Below, piece after piece: positions 10,979-30,006 of a stretch of DNA of 40,036 nucleotides. The notes under the pieces were generated by a model. The model searched no databases. It was not told where the DNA came from and saw only the letters and a program-made list of their open reading frames with translations. The stretch comes from Intoshia linei (taxonomy: Eukaryota; Animalia; Orthonectida), in assembly GCA_001642005.1 (NCBI GenBank), contig LWCA01000209.1, positions 1 to 40,036 on the forward strand. Reading direction: 5' to 3'. Made by a program: the position numbers and the translations under genes. Each line of letters opens with the position of its first letter. The stretch's first letter is position 1.

Positions 10979-12619
10979 TCAATATTTTAAATCCATTATT
11001 TGAATTTAATTTGTTGTGATATTAAATATACTTTGTAATGTAATTATAAGAAATAACCGAAGGACATTATCATCCGAGTAATTTACATGGAATAATGTAT
11101 ATGGAAATTTAATTATTCGAGATACATTATTGATGCAATAATGTATAATTATAACTACTTTAATGTATCTGTTAATTGAATTATTTTAAATTTGAGCCAC
11201 TTTTTAATATATCAATGTCTCAAAAACGGTTTATTGTATCTGATTTGTGAAAAAACGCATTTTAGACTAAAATTTAGTTGAAATCTGTAGCTACGTAGGT
11301 CGAGGTATCGGAAAATGAAAAATAACACTACAGTAACAAAAAGATTTTTTTCATCACGTCATAAAAAATTATTTAATAACATCAACTTATTCTCAACCCT
11401 AATTTTTGAGCGAAGCGCCATATAATGAAGTGCGGTGTGTTTGATCCAATTTCGCCGTAAGTGAAAACTTTTTTGGGCCCTTTTTTACTTTGGGGTCTTT
11501 TTTTCAAAAAATAATAACAGTTTACACACAATTTTTATTTCAAATTTAACAATGAATACTTTAAATTTTTCATAACAAATAGCCAATAGCACATTTCAAA
11601 ATGACTTTATGATAAATACTTTAGAGAAAAAAAACAAAATATGGGTGTCATTAAGTAATGGAATAAAATTAACTGCTAACACTAAGAGTCTCACCATAGA
11701 GAAAAAAATTATAGAATATAAATAAAATATGTCTGATCTGATGATTTTGATTGAAATAATTAAATTACCCTGAACCTTGAGTTGAATTTGAAAACCCGAA
11801 TTCTCAGGGGGAAAATAACACAGTTGGCAACTCTGGCAAGTGCTGGTATTAGTACCAGCCTTTCCGGTATTATTACTATCACAATTAAAAAATTATTTTA
11901 GTTTTCTAAATACATTATATATATACATTATTGCAAAGTTGTCAGATGTTGGGATTTTATCTCAAAGCTTAGACGACCGCTAAATTATTATTTTGAAAAT
12001 CCTACTTTTACCCACCATTAATAAAATTTAATAATAAAAAAGTTTCAGTACCAATTCAAGCCGTTTATGTAAAAATCCCCTTCTTAGATTTTTACAAAAA
12101 ACCTTATAAGAAAAAACTCTTTAATTCAACCATAAAATAAAAAATCCAATTGTACCAACGCTTAATAGTTAGGTTAAGGTACAATCTCTTTTCCTAATTT
12201 GTTTGAAAACTTTGATTTTACCATCCGTTACGAGAAGAAACTGTTAATCAAACCACAAAATATAAAACTTAATTTTTAGGAACCATGAAGGTAAAATTTT
12301 TTTTTCCGATTACTTAGTTCTAAACATTAAAAATTTGTGAAACTCATAATCGTCATTGTATTGAGTTTACCTTTTGCAAATTAGTCATTTATATATTTTA
12401 AAAAAATTGTATATATGCAAATCCAGTAGCCTTGGTCATTTCTCATTGTAACTGTTAACTCATCGGTGATAATGGCCGCACTATAGTTGAACCGTCATAA
12501 AAATACTTTAATTTCTAACTGGGTCAGATAATTTATATATAAAATAAATTATAATACGATCCCAAAAATAAATGCAATATTATTAAACAGAAAACCCTAA
12601 ATACACTTTTCATAGACTT

Positions 12620-14170
12620 GAGATATATTTTTAATGTGAATTATAATGCGGTAATATATTTAACTAATTCTAAAGTTTTAATTGGTACTATGTTGAATAT
12701 TGCATATACATGTAGATGGAATGATACTTGTATCATTTATATGAATCTCATAAAACTTAATATATTAATATGTATATTTGCTTTGGCTTATCTAACTCTA
12801 TTGATTTTCCCAGGTAACTACATCATTAAAGATATCAAATCCATTTTATTTGTAACTGTACAAGCTGGTATGCATTTATACAATACATAAATTGTTTGTA
12901 TAACTAACATTAATATTTGTTTACTTAAAGCAATAGGAAATTAAGTTTGGACAGTATTCTTCCATGAAGAATATAAAGACTTTCAATGACTTTGGTAATT
13001 TTTTAATTTTATTCCTCTTGTTTAGACAATATAGGTAATTGAATAAATACAATATTAAATGTTTAAAGATAATTTCGTATATTGTTAATTATTTAATCAA
13101 TTAAAGGTTGTATTTTAATTTGAAAAACTAAATCTAACACTATAATAATAAGAATAATTTATAATAAAGTTGAGAAGCGAACTAAAAAAATTAGTATATG
13201 AGTTATAATAATCTGAATAAGATGCCTTAAATAAATATAATGTATTCAATGGAAATCCAATATTTGAATCATACTGTACAATGCAAATTCAATCAATTAG
13301 TAACACTAATAATAATGGATTAAAATGTATGTAGTGCAGTGTATTTGAAACATGTTTTATGTAAAGTGATTTATGCATTACTATAAGATGTAAGATATAT
13401 TTGTGATATTGGGTAACTTCGTAAAAAGTATGGTAATCTCAACCATGTTCCAAATCTTAATCAATGCGTGAAAATTGATAACTGATATGGCTGAAATAGA
13501 AAACCCATTATTAAAAATTGAGAAAATTAGTAAAATCAATATAAGAGTATTATTCAAATGAATAATTCATTAATGCATTAATAATGTGAAAATGATTTAT
13601 TAAAAGACTATTTGTAGGCACAATTTAATTTAAATCTATCAGAAATGTAAACATATTTCAAAAATCAATTTTACCATTAAAACCAGCATTAAAGCAAATT
13701 GCAATATGTCGATTTCATTAAAATGACATCAATTTAACAGTACAATCAATTTTAAAATGCATAATACATTCATTGTACAATTTACAATTAATACATTTTT
13801 TAAACTATTCAAATACATAAATCATATTTTTTGATATTAATTAAAAATTATTAAATATTGCAGTTAACCGTCCAAGTTATCTGAAAATTTGAATGAAATA
13901 ATAGATACGTCATTACATCATTAGTTAAACTTATTGAAATTCACTGGTTAAACAAATGTACAATTTGATAGATTAACGATTATATAATAATAAAATATCC
14001 ATAAAATCAACTTAAAACAGAATAAATTTGCCATTCAGCTTATTGACTAATCTGAATTTACATAATGTAGCATTCCACAGCGTACAATTTATAAGTGGTC
14101 TAATTTTAAAATATTCATAAATTTACATCAATTTGACTACACACTATATCAAAAACTAATTTTTTCCCAC
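12620..14170 (+). pseudogene. Decayed LRR-like gene, copy 1
   Basis: LTLLIFPGNYI fits LxxLxLxxNxI. LYKLVCIYTIHKLF parallels LKELICIYQAPKLF near 24720. DNA motifs GTAACTACATCATTAA and GCTG(G/A)TATGCATTTAT are shared with the 24.7-kb copy. Many stops; boundaries approximate. Confidence 0.45.
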
Positions 14171-14279
14171 AGGTTAGATTTAGTACACATCAGGAAATTA
14201 GTATTCAATAATATTAAAAATAAAAAAATTTATATTTTTTTATATTCTAGGATTCTTTCTTTTTTGAAAAAAAAGTTAA

Positions 14280-14565
14280 TCTGGGATTTTAACCATAAAG
14301 ATATAAGTTTCTGAGGTTGAGATTTACGAACTATATTAATGATTTTAAAACGAATCACAGAATTTACGTTTTTTTTAATTATAGAATTGATTTAATTTTT
14401 AAAAAAAAAGGTCAATTCGGTTTTTGACCTTGAAGAACTCAATTTCTGAAATTAAACATCACTCTCCAAAAACTGTATTATAAATTGACTTTTTTTAAAT
14501 TTTAGGACAGTTTATTTTTGAGTTTAGTTACACGGACGCAGACATTCAATTTTATATATCAGTAA
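14280..14565 (-). repeat. Diverged copy of the Helitron-like repeat family
   Basis: Similar to 22380-22697 (GGTTTTTGACC, ATGATTTTAAAA, AAAAACTGTAT); ends in ACGGACGCAGAC...TTATATAT. Confidence 0.5.
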
Positions 14566-14598
14566 ATAATTATAAACATTTCTAATCACTCTGTAGAC

Positions 14599-14985
14599 CA
14601 GGGTGGGCAACCTTATCACGGTAAGATGGTAAATTCTGATAATTTTACGGGCTGGAACCATTAAAACTTACAACTAATTACGCTTATCTTACCAGAGAGC
14701 TTTAGTTATATTTTTATATTGAATCTTTACTCATAATTTATCCATTGTATAAAAACTTGCTTATCCTATCAAAGAAATTTTGCATGAAATCACAGTTAAT
14801 CTTTGAGATTTGATTAATTAAACTTAACATAATTACTTACCTTTAAATTAGATAATTTCTAGCCACTGTTAGTATTTAGTAAAATGACAATGGATTAAAA
14901 AAATAAAATCTATAAATATAGAAAAAATTTAAATAAAAATTATGTGGATCGAATGCAATCAGTTAGCCGTATGTTGCCCATCCTT
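14599..14985. mobile_element. hAT-type MITE
   Basis: TIR CAGGGTGGGCAAC / GTTGCCCATCCTT; TSD not clear. Confidence 0.6.
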
Positions 14986-15308
14986 ACAATAGATAACACT
15001 TTTCTAATAAAAAATAACATTTTTTTACTACACTTTTTACAATTTCAATTTAAAACATTGAAAATCCGGTCATTGTCTAGAAATTAAATTATATTGGTTA
15101 ATTAAGACATTACAAAATGATATAAATGGTGCTATGTCGTTTTTTATTTAAAAAAAGCTACTTTCTATATTGGATTGACAATTAGCCTAATTAATCCATA
15201 CTGTTGATAGAGTGTCATTAATACATTAAATCCATTCCGCATATAATATATTACACTTATAAACTAAAATAAAATATTCTTAAAAAAATCATATTAAATC
15301 TTGATCAA

Positions 15309-20623
<5,315 letters not shown>

Positions 20624-20725
20624 GACTTGTAACATTTATTTATTGTTTGTATTCATATTAAAGTTGCATTTTATTTCATTTTGGATATACTTTATCATGT
20701 TTTTCAATGCAAAATGGGGTAAGAG

Positions 20726-21516
20726 CAGTGGCGGAGCTAAGATTTTCAGCCATGGGGCGAAATCATTATTATTAGGGGCTAAATTTATATAATTTATTTA
20801 AATTTAAATTTTTATATTATGTTTATTAATACTTATTTATTATTATTATTTATTATACTTTACACTATAATATATGTAAATTTATATTTTTTTATAATCT
20901 ATAACAGGGGTGTCAATTATGCGGCCAGCGATATAACAAATTTTTTTATCCGTATTTTATTTTTTACATATTTTTCATGATTTATTTATTCTTGATTTCA
21001 ATTTTAGCATTAGTTATGCAGTTATTCCATTATTGTTTCTTATTTCATTTTTTTAGTAATTAAAACTGTTAGTTTAATAATTATTTGAATAAAAATATTT
21101 ATTTGTGCGGCCCGCATAATAGTTTTTTTTCATATTTGACTCACCAAGAAAATTGAGTCTGACACCCCTGATCTATAATAAGTTATATATTTTTTTCTAG
21201 TTTATATTCTACTAAATTTTTCAACAACTGCATTAAAATCGACATTTTCGGCAAGTTCTCTTGATTATTAACAACGTTAACTTCGATAATTTAACTTAAA
21301 TTGCTCTTAAAATCAGATAAAAAATTAATATACATACATAATGTACCTAAAAAGTAAAAAATAATAAGAAGTATAATTCACATTGTTAATACACGCGATT
21401 GGATAGGTCTTAGTAATTTTTTTTAATTTTACTTAAAGTTAATACAAATTAAAATATTTTAGGACAGATTTTTCACGCCAGGGTGGAACCCCTAAACCCA
21501 GCTAGAACTGCTACTA
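20726..21516. mobile_element. hAT-type MITE (outer) just 3' of PKA paralog 1
   Basis: Imperfect TIR CAGTGGCGGAGCTA / TAGAACTGCTACTA; TSD GGTAAGAG / AGTAAGAG. Confidence 0.65.
20905..21170. mobile_element. hAT-type MITE nested in the previous element
   Basis: TIR CAGGGGTGTCA / TGACACCCCTG; perfect TSD ATCTATAA. A truncated relative starts at ~21903. Confidence 0.85.
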
Positions 21517-22069
21517 AGTAAGAGTATACGTCAATAATTATACAAATGGTCACATTTTCAGCTGAGTAAACCTATAAACGTAATTTTTTCTGACCAATTA
21601 AAAGAACTTACTAAAAATGTATACTGTTATAGTGTAATTTTATTCTTAAACAAAAGGGTAAACTTGGTTTTTGACCATGAAGGACTCAATTTCACCAACT
21701 GAAAAATTAATATCAACATTCCATGAAAAAAACCGTATTAGTAAATGGGTTTTTTAAATTTTACTTTCTTGGTTATTGATAAATATTGATGACGCAATAA
21801 TTATACTGTAATAATAACGAAATAGTAGCTTATTAAACATAATTTGTGAATGTACCAAATACAAGAGAAATTATTGATGTAAACAAAAACCTCCCTCTAT
21901 GCTAGGGTGTCAATTATGTTGCCCGGGCATTTGCGGTATCTAATTGAGGAATGTGTTTTTAAAAAAATTTTTAATTTTATAATCATTTTTTACACTTATT
22001 TCTTTTTTTACAGTTTTTGCATATATGTTTCATGATTATTTTATTCATGATTATTTTATTCATGATTCA

Positions 22070-22697
22070 ATTTTTATTTTAATCGAAATATTTAAAAAAT
22101 ATTGGTTCATAATATATTAAAAATTATTTTTCATCGGGAATGCGTAGATTTCTCAGGTTAAACTTTTGTATTTATATCAACTGGAATAAGCTCTATCAGA
22201 ATAATTTTTTTTTTTAAAAAAATATTTCGGAAAAAAAAATGTATGAATACTAAAATACTTTTTGACCGTGAACTCGTCACTTATTCAGATTGAAATTTTT
22301 GTGTGTGTTAACAGGATACAACTGTACCACCTGTAAATTTTTTGAAATTCTAGGGCTGTTGTCATTAAAAAAAGAAGGGTAATTTGGGGTTTTGGCCCTG
22401 AAGATATAATTTTTTAAATTTAAATTTATGATAATGTTTATGATTTTAAAATCCGTATCAGCGTATATATTTTTTCAAATTTTCCAACTTGTTTGATTTT
22501 CGAACAAAAGGACAGTTGGGGTTTTTGACCCGTAAGATGTGAGTTTGGGAGGTTGAAATTTATTTTGCGAACACGCCTGGAAAAAACTGTATCTGAAATG
22601 TGGACTTTATAAAATTCTAAGACGGGTAATTATTTAAATAAAGTGAAACATACACACACACCAACAAAAATCGCGTAGCATATTATATAAGTTAGGA
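22070..22697 (-). repeat. Helitron-like non-autonomous repeat, inverted partner of 27187-27810
   Basis: Reverse complement aligns along most of its length with 27187-27810; 5' end reads A|TCCTAACTTATATAATATGC followed by a TG-rich tract. Confidence 0.7.
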
Positions 22698-22939
22698 TTA
22701 TGTAGCATTATAAATACAATACTACAATATTAATTTGATAATGAAAATAATTTGTATTAGAATTGTTTCAATGGATTATAATCCAAGAAAATTGCATTTA
22801 TTAAATTAGATATATTGTTATGTAGTTATTGATTAATCTGTGCATTGTCATATATTAATCACATTGTATGTTATGGTGTGCTCTGATAATTCAATATGTA
22901 GCATAAATAATATTTTGTTTATATTAGTTTTAAATATTT

Positions 22940-24890
22940 GGAGCATTACATTAAAATTATAATTATTCAATAATTACTATTTTAAAAATAAAATTTAATT
23001 TTCAAATTTTTAATATAACCAAAAAACATTATATCAATAAGTTTTATTAATTTGTTATTATTATTTTGAGATTAATTTCAATGTTGTAAAAATTCACTAG
23101 AAATATTTTTTAAAATATGCTGAACCATTTATTTATTAACACATAATGTGTTTTACTTATCTAAAGCATTCACTGAATATATTAAATCACATTATTACTA
23201 CAGATATTCACAATTTTATATTTTATGGAATTCATGTTATTTATGATGATTTTTAGGATTGTACTGTTTATACTTTATTTTTAAAGAATATACACTAATT
23301 TTCACTAATAAATTAAAAAAATCGCATCACGAAATTGCTTTTAAAGTTTTTATACAGAAAAATAAGTTTGGGGCACTCCTTCATTTGAAATGCATGATAG
23401 AAGCAAAAACTATGTACAACAGGTATTTGAAATTTTTACTGGGATTCATGTATTTTATGAGAATTTTTTAGGGTTGTATTTTGTGTTCAATAATTTCATT
23501 ATTTTTAAGATCGTACACTTATTGTCTAACAAATTAAATTAAAATTAAAAATCTTGTTTAGAGATAGTTTCTGTTTGTACCAAGTACATAACAGTCAAGC
23601 TAGTAATTTATATAATTTTAATTTTTTATATACAATGCTATACAAATACAAAAAATTATTGTGCACTTGTTTGTTTTTGTGCAAATTTATTTTTATTATG
23701 GAAATGGATACTGGATATATTATAATTGTATGTAAACAATATTTTGAAGATATTGATTGTGATACGGAAATATCAATAAATAGAGAGAAATAATCCAAAA
23801 ATCTTTGCGTACAACCAAGATCAATACTTTAAATGTTAAAGCAGTAACTTCTGTATCGATTTGAAAGTTTACGTTTTACTCATAGTAATTGCATTAAATT
23901 TGAAATAGAGTATACTAATTATGTCAACATTACAAAAATAAGTCATCTCAAGCATTTAAAAACATTTCTTTTTAAATTGGAAAGCTAATTTTCATTCGAC
24001 ACTGTTGACGAAATATTTTCTCAGTTGTTTCTCATATCTGGATTAATATTCTTGTTTATCTTGAAACTTTACATCGCTGTTATAAATTTTGATACTGGTA
24101 CACAATAATAAATCAATAATTCTGTAAGTAAAGAGCATCTGTACAATTTAAATTAAAATAAAGGTTAGAGAAACTGCATTATTTGAATATTAAATCCGAG
24201 TTTTTAAATCAATGATAAATTAACACAACTGGTAAATTATTTAGGTAGTCTTATTTTAATTAATTGAAGCTCCTTCAAATTATTATAGTATTTTTTAAAT
24301 GGACAAATTATATAAAAAAATTACAAATGCCGTTGGAACCAAAGAATCCAAATTAAACAAAAAGAATTTGAACGAAAAAATTACAACAAAAAATTATTAC
24401 AAGGAATCACTTCCAAAGAGTAATTTTTATTTGTTTTCTGTGGCGATTTGTTCAGCTTACAATTTAAAGTATACACTGAACATTTTCAATTGTTTAATTT
24501 AATTAATGGAGTTTGAAGAAATTTTTGAAATTTTCCTATTGAAAGCTTTTGTATTTTTAGTGATTGTTTAATTTGGACGTGTTCTATTGAATTAGCGTGC
24601 TAACGAAAATAGTAAATAGATACTGCTTTAGTTGTGGGATATTCGTAAGTGTCTATTAACAATTTCCAAGTAACTACATCATTAATATCTTAAGTCTCAT
24701 TTACCAACTGTTTTTGTCATTAAAAGAGCTGATATGCATTTATCAAGCACCAAAATTATTTCTAAAGTCAATACACATTTTTATTTGCTTAATAGAAAGT
24801 GAATTCAATTTTATTGCTGGTTTTTTAAACGATTCTACCTATGCAAATCACCAAGGAATACACAGAATTTAGTAATATTTAACAAGAATG
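22940..24890 (+). pseudogene. Decayed LRR-like gene, copy 2
   Basis: LRR-like fragments (KHLKTFLFKL, LVYLETL, LEKLHYLNIKS, FPSNYIINI, LSLKELICIY). 22940-23300 is homologous to 27900-28284. Many stops and frameshifts. Confidence 0.45.
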
Positions 24891-26320
24891 TCTATTTATA
24901 TGTACATTTTTTTATGTACATCCAAATTTACTCTTGATTTATTATAATACATACCATTTTGGACCTCTTATAATATATCGCTTAATATCTAATTTACATA
25001 TTACGACTTTATGCTAATCAATTTTTTTGTTTCACCTTTTATTAGTGTTAAATTAGCGATAAGTATATAGTTATGCTTTTATACAGATTGACTGCTAATG
25101 TTGATTTTTTTCATTCATTTTTATGGTATAATGCTTCATTGAATCAAATTCATCATTATTCATTATGACTATATATATGACTATATTATGACTGTATATT
25201 TGCATTATTGTTTGCAATATTTGTAATTAATAGACAACAGTGTGTATTTAGTAAATATACATTTTAGTACATTATTTACACTTGCGATGCTTTAGATTTA
25301 TTTTTCCTCCTTTTTGTTCAAACAAATATTTATCAAACTGACTCATTTTTATTGTATACATGTTTAGTTATTATATATTCTTTTGTCTGAAAATTTCATA
25401 TTTTGATTTAAATTGATCATCCATGAGTAATAATATATTCACCACATGCTACAATTTACGATTAATGTATTCTGCTTATATTATCGAATTTTTAATAATA
25501 ATGGATTTTATATATATTTTGCTATTATTAAATAATTATAAATCATTTTTTTTAATACACAAATTTTTAGTTTATTGATTTTTTATAATTGAATAATGAT
25601 TTCATTCATAATAGTAATGTTTTTATTCGTATATAATTCGTGTTTAAATTCTTCAGTCGCGTTGAAGTGTCTATACTTATTTAGGACAACATATTTATAT
25701 TTTAAACAAATTAATTTATTCAAATGTTTCTGTGATTTCAAAGTGGAAATATGTCAACAAAAATATTAACGTATTTAAAAACGGAAGAAAAACGATGAAT
25801 ACGACGTCCATTCTTTGCAGCGACATTCATTTAAGCGATATAATCATCGATTTTACCAATTTATCATATCATTGATTTTTTTATCGAAATTTTAGTTGGT
25901 TTCTTTATTCATATTTAAGAGTTTTTAAGGTAATCCATTTTTCTACCATTTTTAAAAGATTTTGAAGATAATTTTGGAATCATAATTTTTTAGGGAAGTT
26001 TTTATTACCCAATTTTTATCCATGTCGCTTTATCTACATTTTTACAATTAATATTAAATTATTATATCAATATTAAATATTAATATCAATTATTATAATC
26101 ACATTTTTGATGATTTAGTTTGAGTTTTATTTATTGCTACGGCTATATTATAAAAATTGATTTTTTTGACTATGAAAATTATAATTAATGACACCATAAA
26201 ATGTTTTTGTTTGTTAATATTGGTTAGTTCTGCAGCTTTTCATTCTTGGGTTCATTTACTGGGTTGTAATGTAACGATTGGTAGATAAGAACTCTGATAA
26301 GTTCATCTTAAATGAAAAGA

Positions 26321-26392
26321 TGTCCAAATTTCAATTCGAACCTAGCCACGCAGAATACAATTATATGATTATAACCACTCTGCCAGTTAGAC
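26321..26392 (-). pseudogene. tRNA-like relic (tRNA pseudogene or SINE head)
   Basis: A box TGGCAGAGTGG and B box GGTTCGAAT at tRNA spacing; acceptor-like pairing GTCTAAC/TTTGGAC; T stem and anticodon arm do not pair. Confidence 0.45.
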
Positions 26393-26485
26393 ATCACAAG
26401 TGAGTTATATCAAAAGTATATATTCGAATCTCGATTAGTATGATAGCGATATATCACATTCTAATTTGGAAATTAAACGTACATA

Positions 26486-28939
26486 CAGTCCTGAAAAAAT
26501 TATTATAAATGTTCTTAAATTTTTTATTATTAGTATTTAATATACCAAAAATTACAAATAAATTAAAATATAATAACAAAAATGACATTAGTATTTGGTA
26601 ATTCCACCCTTTTCATCAATACAATCACGAATTCGTTTTGGCATGTCAATATCAATTTTTTGCACAATAATCGGATTTTGTCCATTCAATCAATTATTTT
26701 TTTGAAGAAATATTAACTTGATGCACTTCATCCTTTAATACTTTTTAAATAATTACAAATAATTTTTGATGGGATTCATATTTGCAGAATTACTGGTCAA
26801 GGATAATACTTTCAATTGAGTGGAATCAAAAAAATATTTAACCGACCGTGCAGTATGCCAGTGAGACAAATCATGTTGAAAATTATTTATCGTTTTATTG
26901 AACAGACCTGGACGATCATTTAAAAAATGTTTTAATGTGTGAATATATTTATACTGATTCATTATACGCTCTATAACAAATATTGGGCCAAATCGAATCC
27001 ACTAATTGCTTCCAAAACCATAATTTTGGTTGGATATGTAACCGTTCGTGCCATGCAATTAGGCCTAAAAGCCTCTGTTGATCTTCTATGGATTTTTTTA
27101 TATCGATTTTTCATTGTAGTAGACTCATCTGAGAAAAATACATGAAATATTGAATATTAGTACATGTCTCTAATATAATTTAAAAATCCTTACTTATATA
27201 ATATGCTACGCAATATTTTTTTGTGTGTCTGTGTGTCCCCCCGTTTATTTCAATAACTACCAGTCTTAGAATTTTATAAAGTCCACATTTCAATCACAGT
27301 TTTTTCCGGAACGTATATTAAGATAAATTCCAACCTCCCAATTATACATCTTACGGGTCAAAAATCCAAGTTGTCCTTCTTTTTGAAAATCAAACGAGTT
27401 GCAGAATTTAAAAAAATATACACGCGGATGCGGATTTTAAAATCATAAACATTATCATAAATATAAATTTAAAAAAATTATATCTTCAGGACCAAAACCC
27501 AAAATTACCCTTCCTTTTTTTTTAAAAACAACCCTAGAATTTAAAAAAATTTACAAGTGGTACAGTTGTATCTTGTTAACACACACAAAAAATTTCAATC
27601 TTATATCTATTAATCTTATATTATTAAAACAAAAAATTTGAAATAATTAAGGATGCCAAAATTAAAACAAAAGATTATTCTGATAGAGCTTATTCCGTTT
27701 GATATAAATACAAAAGTTCAACCCGAGAAATTTATGCATTCCCGATGAAAAATAATTTTTAATATATTATCAACCAATATTTTTCAAATATTTCGAATTA
27801 AAATAAAAATAGAAAATGTAAATATTGATTCTACAATTTCAAAAAAAATGTGTATTGAACGTCTACACATTTCCAATAAATAAAATTGGGTGAAAATCTA
27901 TATAATTCATTGTTTCGGAATTTTTTTCATTACTACGCAATTTTTAAATTTCATTTTCAAAACATTTTGTATAAAATTTAAATTAAAACTACAACAATAA
28001 ATACTAAAATTAATACAACTTTGTTATTATCATTTTTATATTTATTACAATCCTTTTCAATATTGGTAAAATTCGACTGAAATATGTTTATAAAGTGAAG
28101 ATTCCGTTTATTATTGATACATAATTGGTATTTTTAAGTATGTATTAAATTGGTACTGAATATATATCATCACATTGAAAATGACAAAATAGGTTTTATA
28201 ATTTTATTTTTTTTGGAATTTATGTTATTTATGACAATTTTTAAGATTGGACTGTTTTTACTTTATTCTTAATATTGTACACACTAGGGTGTCACACCCA
28301 TCAAAGAATCAAGGGCAATTAGCACTAAAAGTGTGTATTTTTAAAATAGAAAAACTAATTCGCAATCAAAAACATTTAACTCTATCTATTCGAGTTGCGT
28401 TTGTCATTTTAAATATCACTTTAAAACTTTCACTTTAAAAATATTATGGAGAAATTAAATCGTTAATAAAATCCCGAGTACAATATAATAACATAATAAG
28501 TACAAAGAGCTAGGTGCTGTTTGTATTTAGTATATAACAGTCATCCTAGTTATTATATATAATAATAATGTAAATGTATAATTTATATGTGATTTACCTG
28601 ACTCCAGTTATCTCTATTCCAATTTTTATGCTGATTGGCCCATTTTAATCGAGTATATTGCATCTGTTTAGTTAATAAGGGTTTCCCGCGTCTAGAATAC
28701 GATCTTAAACCTCCCTCAATTAATTTATTGTTAAATGTTCTTCCATATTAGTTTTCGCATTCACTTTTTAAATTGCAGGCTATCTCACAGTTAGTCATAT
28801 ATTGATTTTTTTAAGTACATTCCAATAATAATTTGATCTATTATTTTACGTTTTTATTCTTTTACGCCCGCATATCTTTTGTTCTGTTTGATTCAAAATT
28901 TGAATTTTTTGAATTTGTAATATAATTTTTCCAGTACTG
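26486..28939 (-). mobile_element. Decayed Tc1-like transposon, transposase split by a 1.46-kb intron-like interval (27142-28597)
   Basis: TA-flanked TIRs CAGTCCTGAAAAAATTAT / CAGTACTGGAAAAATTAT (16/18). 5' part GLRS..KPLLT..RLKWANQHKNW..NWSQ; 3' part VFFSDES, FQHD..HTARSVK, NSANMNPIKN, MPKRIRDCIDEKGGITKY*. Confidence 0.8.
27187..27810 (+). repeat. Helitron-like non-autonomous repeat
   Basis: Starts A|TCCTTACTTATATAATATGC..TGTGTGTCTGTGTG, resembling Lep1-type Helitron 5' ends; no CTRR 3' end identified. Confidence 0.65.
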
Positions 28940-29114
28940 TATATTAGGGTGTCACATTTTTCGAAAATTTTAGAATTCGAATTCGAATTAGAAAAATTCG
29001 ATAGGCAATTAGCACTAAAAGTGTGTATTTTAAAATAGAAAATCTAATTCGCAATCAAAAACATTTAACGCTATCTATTCGAGTTGCGTTTGTCATTTTA
29101 AATATCACATTAAA
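28285..29114. repeat. Near-identical direct repeats (28285-28434, 28945-29114) starting TAGGGTGTCACA
   Basis: The ~105-bp core GGCAATTAGCACTAAAAGTGTG...AATATCAC differs at only a few bases. Confidence 0.85.
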
Positions 29115-29744
29115 GATATCCTGGAGAAATTAAAACGAAACTTTATTTTAACGGAAATTGGCGTTTGAGATTTTAAACGTGGTACCGCCTTTATAATATT
29201 GTTCTTCATGTTTAGTTATACTGTTTATTTTTTTAAATTTTTTTTAGGTTAACTTATATGGATTTTATTAACGATTTAATTTATTAAATTCTGGCTATTT
29301 ACATTATTTAAATTGTATTCAAAGCATCCAAAATAAATAAAATCTAAAATAATTGAGCTAGAAACAAATTTAAATAAATAAACTGTCTCGAAAAATATTT
29401 GAATTAGATAAATTTAAACTACAATTTGGAAAATAAAAAACTCATTGTTTGAATAAAATGTATTCCAACTAGTTTAGACTTGAGTAGATGCATTTGTAGT
29501 TAATCTATTGGGAGGATGGAATTTTTCAAAGATTAAAAAATTACAAAATATTAATATTTGTTAACTATTTATAAATACTATTTATAATAATTGAATGTAT
29601 GATGTACCAAATTCATGTCAATGACTTATTGATGTTTCTAAACATGATGAATGCTCTTATCAACGTCAATCATTGAACATCAATCTTAAAGTTGTAGTTT
29701 TCTGATATTGAAATTATTCCATATATTTCACAACCTCTTATTTG

Positions 29745-30006
29745 CAGGGTCGTGGAAAGCTAACAGTAAGCCCTATAATATTTTTTAATAACTGGGACCT
29801 TTATACTATGCTTAATCGATCGTTCATTATCTAAAAATTAAAAATTACTAATTGGAATGTTAATAGAACATTTTTTGTAGAATAATTTTGATATACATGT
29901 ACATTGGAAATTTTTCAACATAACCTATTAATAAATTAAAAAATTCGGCTTTCATGATTGTAAGTCCGGTCCATATGGCCCCTATATCCCCATCTTGACG
30001 GCCTTG
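29745..30006. mobile_element. hAT-type MITE
   Basis: TIR CAGGGTCGT / ACGGCCTTG; TSD CTTATTTG / CTTATTCG. Confidence 0.7.

Noticed and set aside
12813-12830. Recurrent TAATGATGTAG on the minus strand as a C/D snoRNA box C
   Set aside because: Not RTGATGA and no paired box D or stem; better explained as shared LRR-like coding sequence.
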